From: Gemmatimonadales bacterium
GTDB taxonomy: Bacteria > Gemmatimonadota > Gemmatimonadetes > Gemmatimonadales > GWC2-71-9
DNA: 64,000 bases
Direction: 5' to 3'
NCBI GenBank assembly: GCA_036279355.1
Contig: DASUJH010000028.1
Span: 45,577-109,576, forward strand
In this document: piece by piece, positions 1-8,836 of the stretch
How the letters are laid out: every line of letters starts with the position of its first letter
How positions within the stretch are numbered: the stretch's first letter is position 1
The notes under the pieces: generated by a model
The model's input: only the letters and a program-made list of their open reading frames with translations
Databases searched by the model: none
What the model was told of the DNA's origin: nothing
Made by a program: the position numbers and the translations under genes

Positions 1-1
1 C

Positions 2-1450
2 GTCGCCGTCGTCGCCGTTGGCTACTGGCAGGCGATGCAAGGGCGGCGCGCGCTCCGCATTGAGTGGGACGAAGGAGCGCTCGCGACCACCGACAGCGCT
101 GGCATCCGGCGACATTTCGTCGAGTTGGCAACGCACCCGGGCGTGCCCGCCAAGCGGCGGGGCGATGTCGCCGCGGGCCTCGCGGGCGGCGCTCGGCGCA
201 TCGAGGCGATCTACGAGCTGCCGTACCTGGCGCACGCCACCATGGAGCCAACCACCTGCACGGCCGACGTGGGCCGCGACCACTGCACGGTATGGGTCCC
301 GACCCAGTATCAATCGGGCGTGCGCATGGGCGACGGCGCGCGCGAGGCCGCCGCGCGCGCCGCCGGGCTCAGGCCCTCGCAGGTCACGGTGCACACCACG
401 CTGCTGGGCGGCGGCTTCGGCCGTCGAGTCGAGGATGCACCGGTACGCGAGGCGGTGCAGATCTCGAAGACGGTCGGCGCGCCGGTCAAAGTCATCTGGT
501 CGCGCGAGGACGACATCCGGCACGATCACTATCGCCCCGCGACCTATCACCAGTTGCACGGCGCCCTCGATGCCGCGGGTAAACCGGCAGCCTGGCAGCA
601 CAGGATCGTGGCGCCGTCGATCATGTCGCGTTTCTCCCCGGGTTTTGTCCCCGGATACATCCCCGGGTGGCTCGCGCAGCACTTCCCCGCGTGGACAGCG
701 CACCACTTCGGCCCGCTCAAGCACGGGGTGGACGGCAGCGCGGTCGAGGGGGCGGTTCGCCTTCCTTACGCGATTCCTAATTTCGAGGTCGACTACGTCA
801 TGGCCGAGGTCGGCGTGCCCGTCGGATTCTGGCGCTCCGTCGGTCAGTCCCAGAACGTGTTCGTGACTGAGAGCTTCATCGACGAGCTGGCACATGCGGG
901 CGGAGCGGACCCGCTCGCATTTCGGCGGGACCTGCTGCGCGACCACCCGCGATTGGCTGCAGTGCTGGACCTCGCCGCGGCCAGGGCCGGCTGGGCCTCG
1001 TCCAACGGTCTCAATCAGGCGCTCGGCGTCGCGGCGGCCGAGATGTACGACACTGCGCTCGCACAGATCGCCGAGGTGACGGTGGAGGGCACGACGGTCC
1101 GCGTGAAGCGCGTGGTGTGCGCAGTGGACTGCGGCACCGTCGTGCACCCCGACACGGCCGCCGCGCAGATCGAGGGTGGCATTGTCTTCGGGCTCACGGC
1201 AGCGCTCAAGGGCGAGATCACGCTCGCGGGAGGCCGGGTCGAGCAGGGCAATTTCGGCGACTACCAATTGCTGCGCCTGCCCGATATGCCGGCCGTCGAG
1301 GTGCATTTCGTGGACAGCGACCGGCCCCCCGGCGGCATCGGCGAGGCGGCGACGCCGCTCATCGCGCCGGCGGTGGCCAATGCGCTTTTCCGGGCGACCG
1401 GCCGGCGCGTGCGGCGGCTCCCGATTCGGCTCGAGGGCGCCACGGCTTAA
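2..1450 (+). CDS. xanthine dehydrogenase-family molybdopterin-binding subunit (IorB / aldehyde oxidoreductase beta-like), 5' end cut by the window edge
   Basis: The frame is open from the window start. The C-terminal motif GGIGEAATPLIAPAVANALFRATGRRVRRLPI and the upstream LLGGGFGRR are typical of IorB-type Mo-pterin subunits. Confidence 0.85.
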   Translation, partial: VAVVAVGYWQAMQGRRALRIEWDEGALATTDSAGIRRHFVELATHPGVPAKRRGDVAAGLAGGARRIEAIYELPYLAHATMEPTTCTADVGRDHCTVWVPTQYQSGVRMGDGAREAAARAAGLRPSQVTVHTTLLGGGFGRRVEDAPVREAVQISKTVGAPVKVIWSREDDIRHDHYRPATYHQLHGALDAAGKPAAWQHRIVAPSIMSRFSPGFVPGYIPGWLAQHFPAWTAHHFGPLKHGVDGSAVEGAVRLPYAIPNFEVDYVMAEVGVPVGFWRSVGQSQNVFVTESFIDELAHAGGADPLAFRRDLLRDHPRLAAVLDLAAARAGWASSNGLNQALGVAAAEMYDTALAQIAEVTVEGTTVRVKRVVCAVDCGTVVHPDTAAAQIEGGIVFGLTAALKGEITLAGGRVEQGNFGDYQLLRLPDMPAVEVHFVDSDRPPGGIGEAATPLIAPAVANALFRATGRRVRRLPIRLEGATA

Positions 1451-1463
1451 CGCCGCGCTTCGT

Positions 1464-3137
1464 TTACCGCAGCCGGTAGATCGTCACCGGCCCACGGCGT
1501 CCGACCGGCTCACGCCTGAACCGAGCCAGCGCCCGGACGAAGTCGGCGTTCGAATCCGGGCGCTGCACGAACTTCCCCATGCTGTACGAGTCCGTGTACG
1601 CCGGATGCCCCGCGTCCACCGCGCGGCGGATCTCGTCCGTTCGTTCGAGAAACGTTCCGGCGGCCCGAAAAGCCGGCGCGGCCCAATAGCCTTTCCGGAG
1701 GAACGGTACGACGAGCACGCCGGCCGGCACACCCGCGTCTTCCAGCAGCGTGGGCAGCGCATCGGTGATGATGATGCTCCCGGGTGCGGCGACGTCACGG
1801 AAGGCCCCGGCGGTGGCGGAGATGTACGGATACTCCTCCAATGAGTGGTCGTGGCGGAGGTATCGCCGGTACGCGAAGCAGCGCTTCGAGGCAGGCCCAA
1901 TTGATACGGCGAGACTCGCCGCCAAGACGACGCCGATCGCAAGCCCGGCCGCGACGCGCCTCCGTTCACCCGGACGCGAGCCGGACACCACGGCGTCGAA
2001 CCCCGTGCCGGCGCTCACTCCGATCGCGAGCGCCCCGAGCGGCACCAGCGGCGCGATAAAGCGAAGGCTTTGGAAGTAGTAGACCAGGTACAGACCGACC
2101 GTGAGCACCGCGAGCACAACTCCAAAGCGGCACACCAGCCGCACTCGCGCGTCTTTTGAGCGCCAGGCGATCGCCACGCCCACGGCGGTGAGCAGCAGGA
2201 AACCAAGACAGAACGCCGAGCGCGGAGCAGTCCAGAGGTAGAACACCGCGTTGGACGATGTGGCTGGCGGCAGGTCGGCGGCGCCCGGCAGATGGATGGC
2301 GTAGCTGAACGAAAACGTCATGCCGTCCCGGCCGTACCAATACGGGACCCAGAAGCGGTAGCCCGTCGCGGTCACCGCGCCAAAGGTCCGAAGGTCGTAG
2401 ATGCCGAGCGCAAGCGTGGCGAGTGCCGGCCCTACGCCGAGGAGCAGCCATCCCGCCGCGTCGCGCCGGAGCCGTTCATCGGACCAGAGGGCGAGCGCTG
2501 CAGCAAGCGGAACGATGGCGCTGGGCAGGCGAATCAGCATCCCCAGGCCAGAGAGCGCTCCGATTGCGAACATGCCCCATCTCTGGCGGCTCCGCCGCTC
2601 GGCCGTGCGCGTGAGAAAGAGGCCGAGGGCGACCGCGGAGACGATTGCAGCGGTCGCGGTCTCGGTGGTGATTTCATGATTCCACTCGAGGTAGGCCGGT
2701 ACCGTGAGCAGGCTGGCCACCGCGCCAATGCCGCCCGCGAGCCCGGCCATCCTGCGCGCCAGGAGGTACACGCAGACGGTGCCGATGACGCCGAATGCGA
2801 CGGCGCCGTACACGCCGTCGCTCAAGTGCGTGCCCGGGAACAGGTAGATCGGCGAGAGCAGGGCTGAAAGCCCGAACGGATAGCGTGGCGGGTAGGAGTG
2901 GCCGAGCAGCCGGATCGCATAGGTTCCGGACCGCGCCAGACTGCGAGCCGCGGCCGCATACTCGACCGCATCGGGAAAGGGATGCGGATCGATTCGCCAC
3001 CAGGCCGGAATGACGAGAACGGCGACCGCGATGGCGGCCACCAGCGCGGGGCCGCCCGCCGTCCGGAGGCCGGTCCCCGCGCGGCGCGGTGCCGGTGTGG
3101 GCAAACGCTTGGACGGCCGCGGGAGAGAGCGCGACAT
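1464..3137 (-). CDS. polytopic membrane glycosyltransferase, GT39/ArnT-like (GT-C fold)
   Basis: 557 aa. The N-terminal region FPDAVEYAAAARSLARSGTYAI...YPPRYPFGLSALLSP is followed by about 10 hydrophobic helices and a soluble C-terminal domain. Confidence 0.6.
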   Translation of the reverse strand: MSRSLPRPSKRLPTPAPRRAGTGLRTAGGPALVAAIAVAVLVIPAWWRIDPHPFPDAVEYAAAARSLARSGTYAIRLLGHSYPPRYPFGLSALLSPIYLFPGTHLSDGVYGAVAFGVIGTVCVYLLARRMAGLAGGIGAVASLLTVPAYLEWNHEITTETATAAIVSAVALGLFLTRTAERRSRQRWGMFAIGALSGLGMLIRLPSAIVPLAAALALWSDERLRRDAAGWLLLGVGPALATLALGIYDLRTFGAVTATGYRFWVPYWYGRDGMTFSFSYAIHLPGAADLPPATSSNAVFYLWTAPRSAFCLGFLLLTAVGVAIAWRSKDARVRLVCRFGVVLAVLTVGLYLVYYFQSLRFIAPLVPLGALAIGVSAGTGFDAVVSGSRPGERRRVAAGLAIGVVLAASLAVSIGPASKRCFAYRRYLRHDHSLEEYPYISATAGAFRDVAAPGSIIITDALPTLLEDAGVPAGVLVVPFLRKGYWAAPAFRAAGTFLERTDEIRRAVDAGHPAYTDSYSMGKFVQRPDSNADFVRALARFRREPVGRRGPVTIYRLR

Positions 3138-3187
3138 GGGCCGACCTCGAAACCGGGAACACGGACGAGAGGCGGCCCAAAAGTAAC

Positions 3188-3388
3188 CTAGGGATGCTCG
3201 TCCGGCGTCGGCGTATCCTCGCTCACGTGCTCGGCCGTCTTGCCCAGCCGGTGCCGCGCCTCGTCCTCGGCCTCGGTGGGGGTGGCGATGTGCTCGGAGC
3301 CGTGGGCGCCGGGCTGATCGGGGGTTTCGTGGCGCTGCTGGCGATCGAATCGGCGGTCGTCGAGCGCGCGGTGTCCGCTGCGGGCCAT
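3188..3388 (-). CDS. small acidic, His-rich hypothetical protein (66 aa)
   Basis: Third-position GC is high, and a GAGGAG Shine-Dalgarno sits about 9 nt upstream of the ATG. However, it lies directly behind the sigma-gene terminator, so expression would need read-through or an internal promoter. Confidence 0.4.
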   Translation of the reverse strand: MARSGHRALDDRRFDRQQRHETPDQPGAHGSEHIATPTEAEDEARHRLGKTAEHVSEDTPTPDEHP

Positions 3389-3403
3389 AATGCCGTGCTC
3401 CTC

Positions 3404-3441
3404 TTGAAAAAGAATCGCGGCCCCCAGGGTAAGGGGCCGCG
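3404..3441 (-). terminator. rho-independent terminator of the sigma factor gene
   Basis: A 9-bp perfect GC stem (3416-3424 pairs with 3433-3441) has an 8-nt loop. On the minus strand it is followed by AUUCUUUUUC. Confidence 0.65.
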
Positions 3442-3473
3442 ATGGGACAACGACGTGCCGCGGCTCACATGGG

Positions 3474-4382
3474 CTACGCAGCCAGATCCTTCAGCTTTTC
3501 GCCCTGCTCTTCTTTGAGCTGGCGGAGCGCGCGGTCGCGAAGCTGGCGGATGCGCTCGCGGGTGACGCCCATCATGCGGCCGATCTCCTCGAGAGTGCGC
3601 GCGCGGCCGTCATCCAGGCCGAAGTAGAGCCGTAGCACCTTGGCGTCGCGCGGCGCCAGGGTCGCCAGTGCCTCCTCGATGTCGCTGGTACGGCTGTTCG
3701 AAAGCGTCGCGGCGTCCGTGGTGTCTGCCGACGCGACCGAGAAACGCTCCATCCGCTCGGTCGAGTCACCCTCGCGCACCGGCTGATCGAGCCGCACCGC
3801 CTCGGTGTGGAGCGCGCCGAGCGAGCGCACGGCCTCGGGCGTGAGCCCGGTGGCACGCACCAACTCCTCGACGGTCGGGGTCCGGCCCAGCCGCTCCTTC
3901 AGCACCGTCGTGGTGCGGGCGAGCCGGCTCAGGTCGGCGGTCCGGTTGAGCGGCACGCGCACCGTGCGGCCCTGCCGCGCAATCGACGCCTGGATCGCCT
4001 GGCGAATCCACCAAACCGCGTAGGAGATGAACTTGACGCCGCGGTCCGGGTCGAACTTGCGGGCGGCCGTCATGAGACCGACGTTGCCTTCGCCGATCAG
4101 ATCCGACAGTGGCACGCCGCGATTCTGGAACTTCTTTGCGACCGACACCACGAACCGCACGTTGTGCCGGGCCAGCTTCTCCTGCGCTGCCACGTCGCCG
4201 CGGAACGCGCGGCGGGCCAGCGCAAGCTCCTCCTCCTGCGTGAGCAGGGGGATTCGGCTGATATCATCGAGGTACAAGTCCAGGGTCTCGGGCTGATCCT
4301 CGAGACCATGGTTGAGCGGCGCCGGCCGGGCCGTGCGCCGCTTCCGGCGAGTCTGCTGCGTCACTCTGGGCTTCCTTTCCAC
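3474..4382 (-). CDS. RNA polymerase sigma factor, sigma-70 family (RpoD/RpoS-like, lacking region 1.1)
   Basis: Region 2 reads NVRFVVSVAKKFQNRGVPLSDLIGEGNVGLMTAARKFDPDRGVKFISYAVWWIRQAI. Region 4 reads LEEIGRMMGVTRERIRQLRDRALRQL. Confidence 0.9.
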   Translation of the reverse strand: MERKPRVTQQTRRKRRTARPAPLNHGLEDQPETLDLYLDDISRIPLLTQEEELALARRAFRGDVAAQEKLARHNVRFVVSVAKKFQNRGVPLSDLIGEGNVGLMTAARKFDPDRGVKFISYAVWWIRQAIQASIARQGRTVRVPLNRTADLSRLARTTTVLKERLGRTPTVEELVRATGLTPEAVRSLGALHTEAVRLDQPVREGDSTERMERFSVASADTTDAATLSNSRTSDIEEALATLAPRDAKVLRLYFGLDDGRARTLEEIGRMMGVTRERIRQLRDRALRQLKEEQGEKLKDLAA

Positions 4383-4822
4383 GGCGTCTGCATGACGACC
4401 AAAACCGGATGAACGAAACCGGTGAGGCTCCCTTTAAGTTCCCCGCTTACAATCGGTTGGATTGACCCTCCGGGCGAAGTGACCGGGGTCACCCACCCAT
4501 CCACGGGCCGGTGGATTATCGATTGCCGAGTTGCCGAAATGGTCGCACCTCCGGGTAACAACTGCCTGGCCTGGGCCAATGAAGCATCCGCCGGCCTGGC
4601 AGATTCGGGTGCCAGCCTGGCTTGGGGACGCAGATGGCCGCCTGCGATCACACGCTGCTATCGTGGGGCGGCCGGCCGGGAGGTCCGCATGATCCGGACT
4701 CGGCGGGGTTCGGCCCGCGGTCCGGGCCGCGCCCCGGATTGCATGGAAGTTGCCCCCTCGCTTCCGCTTGCTGGCCGCACGCCTGAAAGTGCGCGGGATT
4801 GCACCTCAATTCGCGAGGGCCC

Positions 4823-5218
4823 ATGGCCGAACTCAAGAGGCGGCTCGCCGCCGCCGCGCTCCTGGCGGGGCTCGCCGGCTGCTCGCACGGCTACGCCAGC
4901 GCCCGCCGCCCGGCGCCGGAGCCAGACCGCGGCCGTACCTACGCCGCCAGCCTCGGGGTTCCGCCGGGCCAACTTCCGCCACCCGGGATGTGCCGGGTGT
5001 GGGTGCCGGGCCGCCCACCCGGCCATCAGCCCCGCCCGCGCGACTGCGCCGGCATCGATGAGACCGCACCGGCGGGAAGTTGGGTGCTGCTCCGCCCCTC
5101 GCAAAACCGCAGAATCGTGAAGGTGCGGATGGTGGACGAGCGGCGGGCCGGCATCGTGGTTCGGGTCCGGATATTCGATGTGGCGAGCGGCGGCTTCCTG
5201 CGTGAGGAGCCGGTGTAG
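4823..5218 (+). CDS. hypothetical lipoprotein with a Pro-rich PPGxCRVWxPGRPPGHQ motif
   Basis: The lipobox LLAGLAGC follows MAELKRRLAAAA. The ATG at 4823 is in frame with ORF 4799..5218. Confidence 0.6.
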   Translation: MAELKRRLAAAALLAGLAGCSHGYASARRPAPEPDRGRTYAASLGVPPGQLPPPGMCRVWVPGRPPGHQPRPRDCAGIDETAPAGSWVLLRPSQNRRIVKVRMVDERRAGIVVRVRIFDVASGGFLREEPV

Positions 5219-5242
5219 CGGCGGCGGCACTCCACCAGGGGA

Positions 5243-5281
5243 GCAAGGGGCGCGACTCGGCTGGCGAGTCGCGCCCCTTGC
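5243..5281 (+). terminator. strong terminator-like hairpin (16-bp perfect stem, 7-nt loop)
   Basis: GCAAGGGGCGCGACTC-ggctggc-GAGTCGCGCCCCTTGC lies 25 nt after the lipoprotein stop. There is no U-tract. Confidence 0.5.
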
Positions 5282-5427
5282 GCGTCGATGCCGGCGGATA
5301 CCGGCGGCGCCGGATATCGGTCGCGCCGCAGCGCGGCATGCCGTAAGTTGTCGGGCGTACGACGAAGCGAATCTTGGGCGTGGCACTGGCCGTATGTTGC
5401 CGGGAACGATGCACCGGAGGCGACTCG

Positions 5428-5772
5428 ATGAACGAGACGATGACGACGACGACGTTCGAGATCGAGGGGCACCGCGTGGTGCAGAACCTGGGCGTCGTGC
5501 GCGGCGTGACGGTGCGGTCGCGCTCGCTCTTCGGCACGATCGGCGCCAAGATAGAGACGCTCTGGGGCGGCCACATCACGCTGCTCACCTCGCTCTGCGA
5601 GCGGGCCAGGGCGGATGCGTTCGAGATCCTGCTTGCCAGCGCTCAGCGGATCGGCGCGAACGCAGTGGTCGGCGTCCGGTACGACGCGGCGGAAGTAATG
5701 CCGGGCGTCACCGAGGTGCTCTGCTACGGGACGGCGGTCGTGGTCGAGCCGGAGGGCGGCGAGACGTACTGA
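5428..5772 (+). CDS. YbjQ-family (UPF0145) heavy-metal-binding domain protein
   Basis: VVRGVTVRSRSLFG...ARADAFEILLASAQRIGANAVVGVRYD is characteristic of the family. A GGAGG Shine-Dalgarno lies 7 nt upstream of the ATG at 5428. Confidence 0.8.
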   Translation: MNETMTTTTFEIEGHRVVQNLGVVRGVTVRSRSLFGTIGAKIETLWGGHITLLTSLCERARADAFEILLASAQRIGANAVVGVRYDAAEVMPGVTEVLCYGTAVVVEPEGGETY

Positions 5773-5788
5773 CGTCGGAGGTTTCTCC

Positions 5789-6343
5789 ATGGCCATGTTC
5801 ACACTCGCGTCCGCCGCATCGCATTGGTGGGTCCTCGCCCTGCGCGGCGCCGTCGCCATACTCTTCGGGCTCGCCGCCCTCTTCTGGCCCGCCGCTACCC
5901 TCGCCGCCGTCGTGCTCGTCTACGGCGCGTTCGCATTCGCCGACGGGATTCTCGCGGTCGTGGCCGGCGCGCGCGGCCGCTGGGGCGGGCTGCTCCTTGC
6001 GGGGATCCTCGGCATCATCGTCGGAATCATCGCGCTCATCTGGCCCGGCATCACGGCGCTGGCACTCGTCTTCGTGATCGCCGCATGGGCGATCGTGACC
6101 GGAATCATGGAGATCGCGGCCGCCGTGCAGCTCCGGCGGGAGATCACGGGCGAGTGGCTCCTCGCGCTCGTCGGCGTCGCGTCGCTCGCGTTCGGCATCC
6201 TGATCGCGCTTTTCCCCGGCGCGGGCGCGCTCTCGATTCTATGGGTGCTCGGCATCTACGCCATCATCTACGGCGTGCTCCAGCTCTTCCTCGGATTCCG
6301 GCTCAGGAACCTTCCGAGCCGGCTCGCGGCCCGGTTGGGCTGA
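5789..6343 (+). CDS. HdeD-family (DUF308) membrane protein
   Basis: HWWVLALRGAVAILFGLAALFWP is followed by repeated DUF308-type helices. Confidence 0.8.
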   Translation: MAMFTLASAASHWWVLALRGAVAILFGLAALFWPAATLAAVVLVYGAFAFADGILAVVAGARGRWGGLLLAGILGIIVGIIALIWPGITALALVFVIAAWAIVTGIMEIAAAVQLRREITGEWLLALVGVASLAFGILIALFPGAGALSILWVLGIYAIIYGVLQLFLGFRLRNLPSRLAARLG

Positions 6344-7222
6344 GTGACGGCCGAGCCGGCGCACAATCCGGCGGCCGAACGGCCCGATCTTACCGGCCAG
6401 GTGGCCGTCGTGACCGGCGGCGGCCGGGGTCTCGGGCGCGCGTTCGCAACGGCGCTCGCCGCGGCCGGCGCCGCGGTGGCGGTTGCCGCGCGCTCGGCGG
6501 CCGAGCTCGAGGCCACCGTATCGGACATCGAGCGCGCCGGAGGGCGGGCGCTCGCGCACGCGACGGACGTCACCGACGCCAGCGCGGTCGCAGCGCTGAT
6601 GGACCGCGTCGAGGCGAGCTTCGGGCCCATCACGCTGCTGGTGAACAACGCCGGCGCGCCATCGCCGCTGGGCCCGCTCGCGGAGAACGAGGCGGACGCC
6701 TGGTGGCGCTGCGTCGAAGTGAATCTTCGCGGGCCGATGCTCTGCATGCGGGAGGTGCTGCCGCGGATGATCGCCCGCCGGCGCGGGCGCATCGTCAACA
6801 TCGCGAGCGGGGCCGGCACGCGCGGACTGCCGTACTTCTCGGCCTACGCGACGAGCAAGGCGGCGCTCATCCGGCTCACCGAGATCGCTGCCGTCGAGAA
6901 CGCCCCCCATGGTGTCGCGGTGTTCGCGATCGAGCCCGGCACCGTGCGCACGGCCATGGCCGAGCACGTCCTCGAGTCGCCCGATGGGCGGCGGTGGATG
7001 CCGTGGTTCCGCGAGATTTTCGAGTCTGGTCGCGACGTGACGCCCGAGCGCGCGGCCGAGCTGGTGGTGTTCCTTGCGTCGGGGCAGGGCGACGCACTCG
7101 CCGGCCGGCTGGTGAGCCGGGCTGACGACCCCGCCGCGCTGGCCCGCTCGGCGGAGGACATTGTACGCCGGGATCTGTTGGTGCTGCGCCTGCGCGGACT
7201 CGAGCAGGGGGGCTGTGCGTGA
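6344..7222 (+). CDS. short-chain dehydrogenase/reductase (SDR)
   Basis: VAVVTGGGRGLGRA is the TGxxxGxG motif. NNAG and YATSKAAL (YxxxK) are also present. Confidence 0.9.
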   Translation: MTAEPAHNPAAERPDLTGQVAVVTGGGRGLGRAFATALAAAGAAVAVAARSAAELEATVSDIERAGGRALAHATDVTDASAVAALMDRVEASFGPITLLVNNAGAPSPLGPLAENEADAWWRCVEVNLRGPMLCMREVLPRMIARRRGRIVNIASGAGTRGLPYFSAYATSKAALIRLTEIAAVENAPHGVAVFAIEPGTVRTAMAEHVLESPDGRRWMPWFREIFESGRDVTPERAAELVVFLASGQGDALAGRLVSRADDPAALARSAEDIVRRDLLVLRLRGLEQGGCA

Positions 7223-7689
7223 GAGCAAGATCGACACGGTTCAGGTACTTGCTCCTGGCCGCCGTGATCGTCGCGCCGGCATGTCGCCAGGAGACGGGCC
7301 GCCTGAGCGCCGCCCGGCAGCAGGCGCTGGGGTCCGAGGGCCTCCTCCACCGCGCGGACAATCTCCGATTCCGCTACACCTACCGCGAAGGGCGGCACGG
7401 CGGGGGATGGGAAGACCGCCTGGCGTCGATCATCGTCACCAAGCAATCGGTGCTCATCCACAAGAACGAGAAGGTCGGACTCGAAATCACGCCCCGGAGC
7501 CGCCGCTACTACGAGGTGACTCGTGACGGGGCGCGGGTGCGGGTCAGCGCGGGGAGCGGACAGTCGGCCGAGAGCTGGTCCTTCGTGCCGCCGGACGACG
7601 CGGACGCCTGGGCACAGGACATCCGCGCCGCGATCCGCGGGCACTCCTCCACCGACACACTCGCCCCGGTCCGACGGCGGGAGCGGTGA
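7219..7689 (+). CDS. lipoprotein with a possible bacterial PH/GRAM-like domain
   Basis: The signal and lipobox read LLLAAVIVAPAC. The start GTG overlaps the SDR stop as GTGA. The fold guess rests only on the strand pattern IIVTKQSVLIHKNEKVGLEI...SWSFVPPDDADAWAQDIRAAI. Confidence 0.5.
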   Translation: MRARSTRFRYLLLAAVIVAPACRQETGRLSAARQQALGSEGLLHRADNLRFRYTYREGRHGGGWEDRLASIIVTKQSVLIHKNEKVGLEITPRSRRYYEVTRDGARVRVSAGSGQSAESWSFVPPDDADAWAQDIRAAIRGHSSTDTLAPVRRRER

Positions 7690-8558
7690 GCGGGCGCACA
7701 GGGTCGGCCCGGCGGTATCTTGCGACCGGGAGCGCACGCGGCGGATCGGGGAGGCGCAACGGAGTGGCGATCGCGGAAATCGTCGTTGACAGCCTGGGCG
7801 AGCTGATCGATCAGGTGACGCCGTCCGCACCGAGCCCGGCGACGGGCCGGCGGCGCGACACCGGCGTCTATCGCGGCGCGGCCGATGCCGACTGGCCGCT
7901 CTTCACCAGCCTCGATCTGCTGGGCGGCGTGCATCCGCCGCACGGCAAGGCGAATCTGGAGGAGCATATCCTCCGCAACTTCATCCGCTACTCACGCCCC
8001 TACCTCGCCACGTCGCCGGCGAACGAATGGGAGCTGCTGGTCCAGGCGCAGCACCATGGACTGCCGACGCGACTGCTCGACTGGACCTATTCGCCGCTCG
8101 TCGCGGCGCACTTCGCGACGCGCGGCGATGCCGGGAACGACGCAGCGGTGTGGCGCCTCGATTGGCAGCAGGTGCACGCGCGGTTCGGATTTCCGGCGCT
8201 CGCGCTCCTGATCGAGGATCTGGAAACCATCTTTCCGGGCGACCGGCCGTTCACGCCGTGGGCGCTCTTCGGCGGGATGCGGGGGCCGCAGGCATTCGCC
8301 TGCATGATCGAGCCGCCGTCGATCAGCGCGCGGATTGCGGCGCAATCGGCCACCTTCACCATCTGCTCCGACAAGCGGCAGAGCTTCGACTGCTTCCTGG
8401 AGCAGCACGGGCTCGGCGGGGCGCTCACCAAGTTCGTGGTGCCGGCGCGGGAGGTGTCGCGGCTCCGCGACCAGCTCGACCTCGTCGGCCTCGACGAGCG
8501 CCGACTCTTTCCCGACCTCGACGGCGTCGCCGACCAGCTACGGCGCTACTACTCGTGA
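7686..8558 (+). CDS. FRG domain-containing protein
   Basis: YRGAADADWPLFTSL...LVQAQHHGLPTRLLDWTYSPLVAAHFA matches the FRG signature. The start has a GTGA overlap with the upstream gene; an alternative GTG lies at 7764. Confidence 0.75.
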   Translation: MSGRTGSARRYLATGSARGGSGRRNGVAIAEIVVDSLGELIDQVTPSAPSPATGRRRDTGVYRGAADADWPLFTSLDLLGGVHPPHGKANLEEHILRNFIRYSRPYLATSPANEWELLVQAQHHGLPTRLLDWTYSPLVAAHFATRGDAGNDAAVWRLDWQQVHARFGFPALALLIEDLETIFPGDRPFTPWALFGGMRGPQAFACMIEPPSISARIAAQSATFTICSDKRQSFDCFLEQHGLGGALTKFVVPAREVSRLRDQLDLVGLDERRLFPDLDGVADQLRRYYS

Positions 8559-8831
8559 AGGCGTCACCGGGTCCTGCATGCGCTGCGCCAGCAGCCGCTC
8601 GGTGAAGTCGAGCCGGTTCTCGAGCTCCGCCACGCGGCTGTCGAGCTGATCGATGAGTTCGAGCCGCGCGCGCACGGCCTGATCCAGTCGGTCCAGGTTG
8701 CGCTCACGCTCGCGGGAGGCGCCGCGGTCGTCATCGTCCCAGTCCCGCGAGCGCCGGCGCCAGTAGCGCGGGCGCATGAACCAGAAGGGGATCACGAAGA
8801 AGAGGATCCACCACCCGCCCATGTGGTCCAT
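8538..8831 (-). CDS. small membrane protein with an N-terminal TM helix and a coiled coil
   Basis: MDHMGGWWILFFVIPFWF is followed by RRRSRDWDDDDR and then the heptad-like LDRLDQAVRARLELIDQLDSRVAELENRL. It lies 5 nt downstream of padR. Confidence 0.5.
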   Translation of the reverse strand: MDHMGGWWILFFVIPFWFMRPRYWRRRSRDWDDDDRGASRERERNLDRLDQAVRARLELIDQLDSRVAELENRLDFTERLLAQRMQDPVTPSRVVAP

Positions 8832-8836
8832 GAAAA

